Assembly (NCBI GenBank): GCA_963840855.1
Contig: CAWJBB010000033.1
Location: forward strand, 32,001 to 96,000
Reading direction: 5' to 3'
Source of the DNA: an uncultured delta proteobacterium
GTDB taxonomy: Bacteria > Desulfobacterota > Binatia > UBA9968
DNA length: 64,000 bases
In this document: piece after piece, positions 31,786-42,036 of the stretch
Layout: every line of letters begins with the position of its first letter
Numbering within the stretch: position 1 is the stretch's first letter
Position numbers and translations under genes: made by a program
Notes under the pieces: generated by a model
The model's input: only the letters and a program-made list of their open reading frames with translations
What the model was told of the DNA's origin: nothing
Database searches by the model: none

Positions 31786-31984
31786 GTTTTCCGAAAATTC
31801 CCTCCCCGCGAAAGTGGTGGGGGCAGAGTGAGGGAAACCTCTGTGCATAAAAAAATCATAGGCAAAAGGCGTGAGTGGAAAAATGAATAGGAAAGTCGTG
31901 TGGCGGTGCGATATTCAGTTCAGGCACGACGGTGACTTAGTTTGCTTGTGAGGCTACAGCAAAGCTGACTTCGAGGAAGGTAAA

Positions 31985-32977
31985 ATGATTAAAGCCCGAT
32001 TGCTGCTAATGGTAGTTTGCTGTCTCTCACTCTTTGCTACCGCTTCAATTTTTGCCCAGTCCAAACCGTTGCGGGAAATGAAAGTCGGCTATCCTTTGGG
32101 CGGGTCCACGGGCTTTTTCTGGGTGGCGCATCGCTCCGGCTCCTTCGAAAAACACGGCATCAAAGTCGAGCCGATCTACATCAGAGGCGGGTTGATGGGC
32201 ATCCAAGCGGCGCTTTCCGGCGATCTTAATCTTCAGCTCCAAGGTGCGTCCACCGTGGTCAACGCCTGGGCTCAGGGCGCGAAAGAGCTGCAATTCATCG
32301 GCGCCGTGGGCAATCGACTCGACTATATTTTGGCCGCGCATCCGTCGATCCGCCGCCCCGAGGATCTCAAGGGCAAGAGAATCGGCGTCAGCCAGATCGG
32401 CTCGAGCACTGACTTTATCGCGCGGCTTGCTGCCCGGCGGGTGGGCTTGATTCCCGACAAGGACGTGCAGATCGCCGGCACCGGCGGGCAGGGAGATCGC
32501 TGGATTGCGCTCACGGCCGGGCATATTCACGCCACTGTGCTCCAATCGCCTTTTACTCTGAGGGCGCGCAAAGCCAATTATCCGATCCTCTTCGACTTTT
32601 CGAAGGAAGATTTTGAGTACACCATCGCCGGCCCACTGACCACCCGATCCTTCATCAAGTCCGACCGCGAAACCGTGATGAATTTCATGCGCGGTCTTGC
32701 CGACGGGATGGATTTTTACCGGGACGAGAAGAATAAGGACCGTGTCATCAAGTTTCTCGGCGAATATTACCGATCCAACATCGTTGAAGAGCTGGAGGAA
32801 ACACGCAGAGTCTATAGTCAAGTCACCCCGGGGCTGCCGATCATCACCGTTAAAGCGATGGAAAATGTCGTCGCCAACGATAAAAACCTCGCCGGCATGA
32901 ATCTGAACTTTGCGGAGATTTTGGATTTATCGTTTCTTGAAAGACTGGCGCAGGAAAGAAAGGCGAAGGGGCGATAG
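31985..32977 (+). CDS. ABC transporter substrate-binding protein (NMT1/SsuA/TauA-like)
   Basis: Signal peptide, FEKHGIKVEP, EDLKGKRIGVSQIGSSTD; no cognate permease or ATPase nearby. Confidence 0.88.
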   Translation: MIKARLLLMVVCCLSLFATASIFAQSKPLREMKVGYPLGGSTGFFWVAHRSGSFEKHGIKVEPIYIRGGLMGIQAALSGDLNLQLQGASTVVNAWAQGAKELQFIGAVGNRLDYILAAHPSIRRPEDLKGKRIGVSQIGSSTDFIARLAARRVGLIPDKDVQIAGTGGQGDRWIALTAGHIHATVLQSPFTLRARKANYPILFDFSKEDFEYTIAGPLTTRSFIKSDRETVMNFMRGLADGMDFYRDEKNKDRVIKFLGEYYRSNIVEELEETRRVYSQVTPGLPIITVKAMENVVANDKNLAGMNLNFAEILDLSFLERLAQERKAKGR

Positions 32978-33046
32978 GCGTCATATTTGGCGTGAGGAAT
33001 AGGAATGAGAGGATTGTTACGCTGCTGAATTTACAAAGGTGGGAAG

Positions 33047-33840
33047 ATGGATTTGAAACGATACTATTTGAAGTGCGCGATCAGATCGCGCTGGTGACAT
33101 TTAACCGGCCGGAGTCGATGAATGCCATCAACCGGCAAATGGCGCGCGAGCTGGTCGACGCCTGTAAACAGATCGAAGACGATAGCGCTTTTCGCGTCGC
33201 AATTTTTACCGGTGCCGGGGAACGAGCATTTTCCGCCGGCATGGATCTGAAAGAGCGCGCCGAGACGGCGTTTTCACCCATCGACCGGCGCAATCAAAAA
33301 ATATCGCAGACCATTCATACCCAGTCGCGCGCCATCGCTGCGATGACGAAGCCGACCATCGCGGCGATCCGCGGTTACTGCGTGGGCGGCGGCCTCGAAA
33401 TGGCGCTGGCGTGCGACATGCGCGTGGCCGCCGAGGATGCCAAACTTGGGCTAACGGAGGTGCGTCGTGGGTTGATCCCCGGCGCAGGCGGTACGCAGCG
33501 GTTGCCGCGCGCGGTCGGCGTCGCCAAGGCGCTGGAGATCTGTTTGACCGGAGACAATGTCACAGGTAGCGAAGCGCTGCGATTGGGTTTGGTGAATATC
33601 GCCGTGCCGGCGGCCGACGTGATCAAAGCTGCCGAGGATTTGGCGAGCAGAATTCTAAAAGGCGCGCCCATGTCGGTGGCTTTCATAAAGGAAGCGATCA
33701 AGAAGGGAATGGAGTTGCCGTTGGACGAAGGGTTGCGTTTGGAAGCCGATCTTTCCGCCATGATCGCGACCACCGAAGACAGCAAGGAAGGTCCGCGCGC
33801 CTTTGCCGAAAAACGCGCGCCCGTGTGGAAAGGGAAATAG
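33047..33840 (+). CDS. enoyl-CoA hydratase/isomerase
   Basis: TFNRPESMNA, AFSAGMDL, GYCVGGGLE, LTEVRRGLIPGAGG (both catalytic Glu). ATG at 33047 is out of frame by one base; ORF-track start 32992 lies in repeat-like sequence. Confidence 0.88.
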
Positions 33841-33928
33841 GCACGAGGCATGAGGCGCGCGGTAATCGAGGGGCGAGTACATGTTTGCGCCGTCTGGAAC
33901 TCGCTGTTACCATTCGCCAACGCCTCTA
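33838..33928. repeat. degenerate inverted heptamer-array element (AGGC type)
   Basis: taggcac-gaggcat-gaggcgc ... cgccaacgcctct between the two hydratase genes. Confidence 0.55.
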
Positions 33929-33942
33929 GAAAGGAGGAACGA

Positions 33943-34761
33943 ATGGCAGACGAAAAAGTACTTTACGAAGTGAAGGATAAAATCGCGTGGATCACGCTGA
34001 ACCGACCTGAATCCTTGAATGCGGTAAACCGCGACATGGTGCGGGCCATCGTCGGTTACTGCAAGCAGGCGAACGAGGATCGAAATGTTCAGATCGTGAT
34101 CTTTAAAGCCAACGGCGAGAAAGCCTTCTCTGTCGGCGGCGATATTAAAGACCGTGTGCGCGCAAGCGAGGCGGCCCAGGCGGTTGAACCGGAGTCGCCG
34201 CTGGTGCTGCGTCAGGCGAGATATTCGACGATTCCAGGCACGCCGGCGCCGGCCATCGCGGCAATCGACAAAATCACCATGGCGCTAGTTCACGGTTACA
34301 CCGTGGGCACGGGACTGTTGATGAGTCTTGCCTGCGACATTCGCATTGCAGCGGAAGGCGCTCGCTTGGGACTTAGCGAAATTCGGCTTGGGTTCATGGC
34401 CGGTTCCGGCGGTACGCAGCGCATGGCGCGGCTCGTTGGGATTCCTAAAGCGCTGGAGATCTGTCTGTCCGGTGAGCTTTATGATGCCCAAGAGTGTTAC
34501 CGCATCGGTCTTGTGAATCAGCTCGTTCCCTACGACCAATTGATTCCAGCCGGCGAGAAAATGGCCGCGTCATTCTTGAAAGGTGCGCCGCTGGCGCTGC
34601 GCTATATCAAGGAAGCGATTTACAAGGGCAGCGAGATGACGCTGGAGCAGGGATTACGGTTTGAGTCCGACCTTCAGAGCATGGTGATGCAGACCGAAGA
34701 CGCCAAAGAAGGGCCGAAGGCGTTCGTCGAGAAACGGCCGGCGGCGTGGAAAGGAAGATGA
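33943..34761 (+). CDS. enoyl-CoA hydratase/isomerase family protein lacking the first catalytic Glu
   Basis: AAGGAGG RBS; TLNRPESLNA, FSVGGDI, GYTVGTGLL (L where the neighbour has E), LSEIRLG. Confidence 0.9.
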   Translation: MADEKVLYEVKDKIAWITLNRPESLNAVNRDMVRAIVGYCKQANEDRNVQIVIFKANGEKAFSVGGDIKDRVRASEAAQAVEPESPLVLRQARYSTIPGTPAPAIAAIDKITMALVHGYTVGTGLLMSLACDIRIAAEGARLGLSEIRLGFMAGSGGTQRMARLVGIPKALEICLSGELYDAQECYRIGLVNQLVPYDQLIPAGEKMAASFLKGAPLALRYIKEAIYKGSEMTLEQGLRFESDLQSMVMQTEDAKEGPKAFVEKRPAAWKGR

Positions 34762-34766
34762 CTGAG

Positions 34767-34876
34767 AGAGTTTCTAGTCTCTGGTTTTTAGTTTAGCAGC
34801 GGGAGAGCAACACGAAGCGATTAGCTGCCCCTGTATTTTGACGACCAGAAACTAGGAACTAGAAACTAGAAACTCT
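34767..34876. repeat. inverted heptamer-array element (GTTTCTA...TAGAAAC)
   Basis: Terminal 11 bp agagtttctag/ctagaaactct perfectly complementary; about four units per arm. Confidence 0.85.
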
Positions 34877-34877
34877 T

Positions 34878-36554
34878 ATGAATTCTACCCCGATGTTAAT
34901 GGGCGACGGTTTGCGCCGTAACGCCTGGAAGTTTCCGGTTAAAATTGCCGCGAAGGACCGCTTTCGTGAAATCAATTACGCCGATCTCAATGCGCGCGTT
35001 AATCAGCTCGCCCATGGCCTTTTGTCCTAGGCGTGCGCCGGGGCGATGCCGTCGCGCTGTCGGTTGGCAATCGCATCGAGCATCTGGAAATCGTGTTCGC
35101 CACGGCGAAGATCGGTGCCCTGGCGATCCCCCTCGACGTCAAGTGGAAAGCGCTGGAACTCGCCGCCGTCATAGCGGCTCTCGAACCAGGATTCATCATC
35201 CTTCAGGAAGATTGTGCGCAAGAATTTGAGAAAGCGAAAGAACTCAGGGATCTGAGCGCTCGTCAAGGCTGTTTCGTTATCGCCGGATTACACTTATAGC
35301 GGATTGCTCCGCGGGCAAAGCCCGGAGGAACCCGATATTCACGTCCATGAAGACGATCCATTCGCGGTCATGCTCACCTCGGGCACGACCGGATTTCCCA
35401 AGGGCTGTCTGGCGACGCAGCGGACATTTGTTTTCCATGTATAAACAATGCCATCGAGAAGGGGCTGGGCGCGGACGACAAAGCGATACTTTCGTCACCG
35501 ATCTATTTCAATGCCGGACGCTCGTTCACGCTTGGAATTATCTACTTCGGCGGTACCATGATCCTGCATGAACGGTTCGATGCCGAAGAAGTGCTGAAAA
35601 CCATTGAAGCGTGAGAAAGTTACTTACGTCGGCGCCGTGCCGATCATGTGCGAGCGCATGCTCCATGTATTGGAAACAACGCCGTACAACACCAGCTCGC
35701 TGCGTTGCCTGGCGATAACCGGCGGCAAAGTGCATCCGGCGGTGCTGGAAGCATTGAAGAAAAATCTTACGCCTAACATCTTCCGGACTTACGCTTCGAC
35801 GGACTCCGGACAGATGGCGATATCGAAGCCGGACGATATGGCGGCGAAGGCACACGCCGCCGGCCGGCCCGTTTGGTGCGTAGATCTGCGCATCGTCGAT
35901 GAAAACGATAAACCCGTGAGGGTTGGCGAGGTGGGTGAAATTATTTGTAAGAGCCCGCTGGCTACCCATGGCTATTACAAAAACCCCGAAGCGACCAACG
36001 CGTCGTTCCGCGATGGCTGGTTTTACACGGGCGATCTCGGTTATTTCGACGAGGAAGGTTATCTCTTCGTCGCCGGGCGCAAGAAGGACATGGTGAAGAG
36101 CGGCGGCATCAGTATCTATCCGTTGGAGATCGAAAGCGTCATCTATAGCCATCCCGATATTTTGGAAGCCGCCGTGATCGGAGTGCCCGATCGACAATGG
36201 GGCGAGGCATTGAAGGCTGTTATTGTTCTCAAACAGGGTGCGAAAATCACCGGGGAGGAATTGCAGCGGTTTTGTAAGGAACGCCTCTCCTCGTACAAAG
36301 TTCCGAAGTCGGTGGACTTTGTTTCTTCGTTGCCGCACACCGAAGTGGGGAAGGTGAACAAGGTCAAGGTGAGGGAAATGATTCTCGACCGAGGCGAAGC
36401 GGTAAGGTGTGGCGAGATAATTTTTTCTCGGATCATAGCTTTTCCATCACTTCACGCGCAAAGCTTTCTAGCGTCGCTTGTTTTGATACTCCACATGGAA
36501 CGATGGTCAGCTCGTCGATGCCGGCGGCGATATATCGCTTCACTTTCTCCCTGA
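34878..36554 (+). CDS. acyl-CoA synthetase / AMP-binding enzyme (several frameshifts; true 3' end probably near 36410)
   Basis: MNSTPMLMGDGLRRNA...LNARVNQLAHGL, RRGDAVAL, MLTSGTTGFPKG, DGWFYTGDLG, GRKKDMVKSGG, LPHTEVGKV spread over different frames. Confidence 0.88.
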
Positions 36555-36912
36555 CTTCATCCGGCGTGCCGGCGAGAGCGAACCGGTCCACCCATTCCTG
36601 CCGCACCAGGTAATCATGCTCCGGCCCCATATGATGGTAGGAGTCGTAGTGTTGGCGCAACCGCTCCACCGCTTGGCGGTCGGCTTGGTCGTCGAGTTCG
36701 CCGCGATTATACGACCTTCCCAGATGCGTGAACGCGGCACGGGCGACGATGCCTTTGACACTTTCCCGTGCTCGCTGTCCGTCGGCGCTGATGGCGCAAG
36801 GCATTCGATAGATGAACTGCACGGCCGTTGATGGTCTGTTGGCCTCTGCCGTGAAGGCGCGAATGTTTTCGATCAACGGCTTAGCGGATTCTCCGCATTT
36901 GGCTACCCCCAT
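36433..36912 (-). pseudogene. C-terminal fragment of an LLM-class flavin/F420-dependent oxidoreductase
   Basis: AISADGQRARE...EWVDRFALAGTPDEVREKV..Y.AAGIDEL is a typical LLM C-terminus; the N-terminal half is not recognisable. Confidence 0.65.
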
Positions 36913-37195
36913 GACCGTTTATTCTGTCCGCCAATAAAAGACGAGGCAAATAAAAAGACAACAAAGGTCCGTCAACAATAAACATCAAAACTTGCTTGAC
37001 GGCAAAATGCTTCCCGATGTACTCCTTTACAGGCCGTCGATTGGCGCCGTCCCAAGCCCTGGGGCCGGCGCTAAGTCCGCAGAAACACGTTGACCAGAAC
37101 GATGTTAAAGAGACCACGAAAGAGTTAGGATCGCATTAGCAGGAGTAACGCCAAGCGAACAATTGATTGCGGTATTTAAGGAAGGAGCGTGTATT

Positions 37196-38278
37196 ATGAA
37201 ACTTGCCATCCCCACCGCCGTATTGTTACTCTGGAGCTTGCCGCTGTTCGCACCTGCGGTCCAAGCCGCGGAACGGCCCTATTACCAGGGCAAGAACATA
37301 ACGTTCCTGATCAACTACGCCGCCGGCGGGCCCACCGACATCGAAGGCCGCATCGTGGCGCGCCATCTGGCCAGATATATTCCGGGAAATCCGGCTGTCA
37401 TCGTGCAAAATATGCCCGGCGCGGGCGGCGTAACCGGAATCAATTTTCTTGGCGAAGTGGCCAAACGCGACGGTCTGACCCTGGGCTATTTTACCGGGCC
37501 CTATAATCACCAGATGATGAAGAATCCGTCGTTAAGGATCGATCTGATGCAGGTGCCGTTCATCGCTTCGGTGGGCAGCGTGACCGTCTGCTACATCCGT
37601 TCCGATGTCCCGCCGGGGATCAAAAAGCCCACGGACATCGCCAAAGCGGAGCGTTTCAGAGCCGGCGGCCTGTCTTTCGACAGCAACAAGGATCTGCGCT
37701 TTAGGCTCGCCTTCGACGTTCTGGGGCTCAAGTACGATTACGTGACCGGTTACAACAGCAGCGCGGACGCGCGCCTGGCGGTGCAGCGCAACGAGATCCA
37801 GTATCATGACGAAAATATTCCGGGATACCGCGGCGTCGTCGAGCCGCAAATGGTGAAAACCGGCATGGTCACCCCGCTCTACTATCACGATGTCATCAAA
37901 CCCGACGGGACGATGGGGAAGAGCCCCGATTACCCCGAGCTCAATTCTTTTACCGAGGTCTACACGCAAATTCATGGCAAGGCGCCGACCGGAATCAAAT
38001 ACGAAGTGCTCAAAGCGGCAAATATGGCCAGCCAGAATCTCAGCCGCGTGGCTTTGTTGCCGCCGAATTCGCCCAAAGAAGCAGTCCTTGCCGTGCGCCA
38101 GGCTTTTACAGCGCTATCCAGGGACGAAGAATTCATCGGTGAGGCAATGAAAGTCATGCGCTTCCATCCGCGTTTCGATGTTGGGGAAGATGGCGAACGG
38201 CTGCGGGAAAAAGTGCTGCGGGCGCCGACGGAGATCATCGACTTCGTCCGCCAGTACGTCGAGCAGGCAAGGAAGTAG
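37196..38278 (+). CDS. TctC/Bug family solute-binding protein (orphan, different subfamily)
   Basis: Signal peptide, YYQGKN, YAAGGPTD, VQNMPGAGG, RLAVQRNE; lacks the PKCG and GREPF motifs of the array copies. Confidence 0.9.
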   Translation: MKLAIPTAVLLLWSLPLFAPAVQAAERPYYQGKNITFLINYAAGGPTDIEGRIVARHLARYIPGNPAVIVQNMPGAGGVTGINFLGEVAKRDGLTLGYFTGPYNHQMMKNPSLRIDLMQVPFIASVGSVTVCYIRSDVPPGIKKPTDIAKAERFRAGGLSFDSNKDLRFRLAFDVLGLKYDYVTGYNSSADARLAVQRNEIQYHDENIPGYRGVVEPQMVKTGMVTPLYYHDVIKPDGTMGKSPDYPELNSFTEVYTQIHGKAPTGIKYEVLKAANMASQNLSRVALLPPNSPKEAVLAVRQAFTALSRDEEFIGEAMKVMRFHPRFDVGEDGERLREKVLRAPTEIIDFVRQYVEQARK

Positions 38279-38358
38279 TCCCGATATCAAGTGCTAGAAT
38301 CCTGTTGGATTGGAGAACCGAGTATAAACGATCAGAGAGAGGTGGTCGCAAGCAATTT

Positions 38359-39226
38359 ATGAATTTGGAACCGAAACAGCGTCATTTCGTGCACGACGGT
38401 TTACGCATGCATTATTGGGAGTGGGGCGATCCCAATGAAGACACTTATGTTTTCGTCCACGGCATCCGCGATCAAGGGCGAAGTTGGGATCAGTTTCTTG
38501 AGGCATTGCTCGCGCGCGGGGTGCCAATTAAACATGCCGTCGCCATCGATCTGCGCGGTCACGGCGATAGCGAATGGCCCAACCACGGTCGCGGCTACCA
38601 GCATGAAGACTTCCTCACCGATCTTGCCGGGCTGCTCAAGCATCTCGACAAGGAGTCGTCAACCATCATCGGCCATTCCCTCGGCGGCAGCATGTGTTTG
38701 CTATACGCCGGGACGTTTCCCGAGAAGGTGAAGAAATTGGTGTTGCTCGAATCCCTCGGCCCTTTCGCGCGTGCCGATGACGAGGTGCCCAATATTCTCG
38801 CGGAACGGTTAAAAGGGAGAGATTATGTCGAGATCCCTTTTCCACATGAATCATTGGAAGCGGCGGCTCGAGGCGATTCAAAAAACTTTTCCCTTGATAC
38901 CGGACGACGCGGCGTTGCACATGGCGCTATACGGAACCAACTACAAGGGTGGCAGATACCGTTGGAAGCATGATCCGATTCTTCGTTACCGGACGACGAC
39001 GGCGATGTCGGAAGGGCAGATCGAGGCGTTCATTCGCCGCCTCAAATGTCCGATCCTGTTCGTCCACGGCACCGAGAGCGATTTCATGAAATCCGTGCGC
39101 GGCCATCGCGCGAATCTCTTCCCGAACGCTAAAATCGTTCCCATCGAAGGCGCCGGCCATCACATTCCGCACGAGAAACCGGAGGAGCTGGCGGATGTCG
39201 TCGTCCCATTTTTACTCTCCGGGTAA
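38359..39226 (+). CDS. alpha/beta-fold hydrolase (frameshift near 38870)
   Basis: FVHG, DLRGHGDS, nucleophile GHSLGG, HGTESD, AGHHIPHEKP. Confidence 0.9.
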
Positions 39227-39233
39227 AAATGGG

Positions 39234-39465
39234 CGTTCTAACCGTTCAAGACGTTCAAACCGTTTGGGATTACGCTCAAGATGGTCAGAAATTCAAAATC
39301 CCGATTCCCATTGGGTCATTCTGAACGAAGCGTAGCGGAGTGAAGAATCTCGGCCGAGATCCTTCGCGTTGCTCAGGATGACGGATAGACTGGCGTGATG
39401 ATAGATCGATACCAGACTGCCGGTTAACGGCTTGAACGTATTGAACGGCCGGAACGGTTTGAACC
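39234..39465. repeat. inverted 9-mer array element (CGTTCAA...TTGAACG)
   Basis: Left arm cgttctaac-cgttcaaga-cgttcaaac-cgtttggga; right arm gttaacggc-ttgaacgta-ttgaacggc-cggaacggt-ttgaacc. Confidence 0.82.
39315..39382. repeat. REP-like element GTCATTCTGA...TCAGGATGAC nested inside the 9-mer element
   Basis: Terminal inverted repeat gtcattctga/tcaggatgac with inner gaagaatctc/gagatccttc stem. Confidence 0.8.
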
Positions 39466-39477
39466 AAACGTTACGAG

Positions 39478-39936
39478 GTGTTTATGCATCTTTCCGCTAA
39501 AGTCATAGAGGCCATGGAAGGCGAACGACGGGTTCACTTCGTTAACCCCAAGGCGGTGCGCATCAACAAATCGCTCGGCGACGCGGCCGGCCTCAAAAAC
39601 CTTGGCGTTCACATGATGACCGTTGCGCCGGGTGACCGCTCCTCGGAGTATCACTGTCATCGTTACGAAGACGAGGCGATCTATGTGTTATCCGGTCACG
39701 GCACGGCGGTCATTGGCGAGCAATCCTATCGGATCGGACCGGGAGATTTCTTGGGTTTTCCGGGTGGCGGACCTGCGCATGAAACGATCAACGACAGCGT
39801 GGAACCGCTGGTTTGCCTCGTCATCGGCCAACGGCTTGCGCAAGACGTGGTCGATTATCCCCGCGCCGGGAAACGGCTATATCGCAACAGCGGGCAGCGG
39901 GACATGGTTGACGTGGTAAATGTGCAGAAGCGGTAA
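39478..39936 (+). CDS. cupin domain protein
   Basis: SSEYHCHRYEDEAIYVLSG and GDFLGFPGGGPAH motifs. Confidence 0.9.
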   Translation: MFMHLSAKVIEAMEGERRVHFVNPKAVRINKSLGDAAGLKNLGVHMMTVAPGDRSSEYHCHRYEDEAIYVLSGHGTAVIGEQSYRIGPGDFLGFPGGGPAHETINDSVEPLVCLVIGQRLAQDVVDYPRAGKRLYRNSGQRDMVDVVNVQKR

Positions 39937-40002
39937 CGAGTCGGCTTAACCCGGTTGAACGATTTCAACCATCAAACTGTTTTGCTCGGAGGTAGTTTAT
40001 TT

Positions 40003-40824
40003 ATGGTCGAGATGAAAACGATTATTCCTAAAATCGATGAAGAATCTGGAGTCGCGTGGTTGACTTTTAACCGCCCGGAGAAAAAGAACGCCCTCAGCCG
40101 AATCCTGATGGCCGAGCTGATCGCGATTCTCAAAGAACTGCATGACAATGAAAAGATCAAGGTTATCGTAACCACTGGGTCGAGCAACGCCTACTCGTCC
40201 GGCCTCGATCTTTACGATCTGCGTGATAGTTGGAAACGCAAGCGGCGCTGGGACGACGGCGGCACGACCCAAGAGATCATCCGGCTCATGCGCGGCGCGC
40301 CGCAAGTTACCATCGCGGCGGTGAACGGTTGGTGCCTTGGCGGCGGCCTGGCGCTTATCAATGGCCACGATCTCGCTGTCGCCGGCGAGTCGGCGATTTT
40401 CGGCATGCCGGAAGTGATTCGCGGCAGCTACGGGGCGGTGGCGACGCCCTCTCTGTTTCACGGCGGTATCCCGTTCAAGAAAGCCTTTTACATTCAGTTG
40501 ACGGGGAGAAATCTTACGGCAGCGGAAGCGGAGCGGGTCGGGTTGATTACCCAGGTCGTGCCGGACAAAGAGCTGATTCCCTACGTCGAGCAAATGGCCA
40601 ATGAGCTGGGCTCGCGCAACGCGGCGACTTTGGACAGCGCGAAGATCGCGGCTTATTTGCAAAAGGATCTGGATTTCGACACCGCGCTGCGCATCGACGA
40701 TCTGGTTTCCCATCGCATGCGCTATTACACCAATCCGTTGAACGACGTTGAGGGTTACCTCCACTCGCAAAAAGGCGGCGGCAGTACGCGCTACGTGAAG
40801 CCGGAGGATCGGAAAAAATCGTGA
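40003..40824 (+). CDS. crotonase family protein, distantly HCHL-like
   Basis: GGAGG RBS; TFNRPEKKNA, YSSGLDL, VNGWCLGGG (no first Glu), GMPEVIRG. Confidence 0.85.
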   Translation: MVEMKTIIPKIDEESGVAWLTFNRPEKKNALSRILMAELIAILKELHDNEKIKVIVTTGSSNAYSSGLDLYDLRDSWKRKRRWDDGGTTQEIIRLMRGAPQVTIAAVNGWCLGGGLALINGHDLAVAGESAIFGMPEVIRGSYGAVATPSLFHGGIPFKKAFYIQLTGRNLTAAEAERVGLITQVVPDKELIPYVEQMANELGSRNAATLDSAKIAAYLQKDLDFDTALRIDDLVSHRMRYYTNPLNDVEGYLHSQKGGGSTRYVKPEDRKKS

Positions 40825-40895
40825 TCGTGGCTCGTGTTGGGTACATTGCAGGCTGCGCTCTTACAGCCGATGAGCGATGTTGAACGGGAGTTAAT

Positions 40896-42026
40896 ATGAA
40901 ACTACGCACGCCTTTGTGTGATCTGTTGGGCATCGAAGTTCCGATTATTCAGGCCGGCATGGGGTGGGATAAGGAAGGGATGACGACACCGCCGGCGCTG
41001 GTGGCGGCGGTGTCGAACGCGGGTGGATTGGGATGTATCGGCGGCAGCTCGATCCGTCCGGAAGTGATTCGCGAGCGGATTCGCGCCGTGCGCCAATTGA
41101 CGGACAGGCCGTTCGGCGTCGATATCACCTTGCCGAAGATGGAAGACGTGAGAATCCCCGACCCGGACGAAGTGCGCAAGGAGATCGAAGAAAAATATCC
41201 CAAGCACGCCAAATTTACCGACGAGCTGCTGCCCAAGCTGGGATTACAGCCGCAACCGCCGGACCGAAAGAGCTGGGTAAAAACCCCGGCGGCGACGCGG
41301 GAACAATTAAAAGTGATACTTGAAGAAAAGGCGCCGATTCTGATCATCGGCCTGGGCGATACAGCGGAAGTCGTGCCGCTGGCCCACGAGAGAGGTATCA
41401 AGGTCATGGCGCTGGCGGGCGCGGTAAAGCACGCGCTCAGCCACGCGCGTAAGGGCGCCGATGTCATCATCGCCCAGGGCTATGAAGCAGGCGGTCACAC
41501 GGGAACGATCGCTAATTTTCCGTTGATTCCCCAGATTGTCGACGCCGTGAAACCGAAACCGGTGGTCGCCGCCGGCGGCATATCCGACGGCCGGGGCGTT
41601 GCTGCGGCGCTGGCGCTGGGGGCGGTGGGTGTTTGGTGCGGCACGACCTTCCTGGTGAGCAACGAATGCGGCATCCATCCCGCCTACAAAAGGCAAATTC
41701 TCAAAGGGACCTCGGAAGATTTCGTCCGCACGGCCTATACCAGCGGCCATTATGCCCGGCATTACCGGAGTGAGGTAATCCAAGCGTGGATGAATTCTGG
41801 ACTGGAAGCGATGCCGACGCCGTATCAGGGCAACTCCATGGACGAAATTCGCCGCGCCGCGGAGGCGGCTGATCGGGTGGATTTATTGCATGTGCCCGGC
41901 GGCCAAGTGGCGGGCATGTTGAGCGAAGAAAAAAGTGCCCGGCCAGCCAGGGAAATCGTCGCGCGGATGGTTGAAGAGGCGGCGACGATCCTGAATAACA
42001 TCCGCAGTTCATATGTGGGAGCATAG
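40896..42026 (+). CDS. nitronate monooxygenase / FabK-like FMN oxidoreductase
   Basis: PIIQAGMG, AAVSNAGGLG, QGYEAGGHTG, AAGGISDGRG, GVWCGTTF. Confidence 0.88.
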   Translation: MKLRTPLCDLLGIEVPIIQAGMGWDKEGMTTPPALVAAVSNAGGLGCIGGSSIRPEVIRERIRAVRQLTDRPFGVDITLPKMEDVRIPDPDEVRKEIEEKYPKHAKFTDELLPKLGLQPQPPDRKSWVKTPAATREQLKVILEEKAPILIIGLGDTAEVVPLAHERGIKVMALAGAVKHALSHARKGADVIIAQGYEAGGHTGTIANFPLIPQIVDAVKPKPVVAAGGISDGRGVAAALALGAVGVWCGTTFLVSNECGIHPAYKRQILKGTSEDFVRTAYTSGHYARHYRSEVIQAWMNSGLEAMPTPYQGNSMDEIRRAAEAADRVDLLHVPGGQVAGMLSEEKSARPAREIVARMVEEAATILNNIRSSYVGA

Positions 42027-42036
42027 TGGCAATAAG

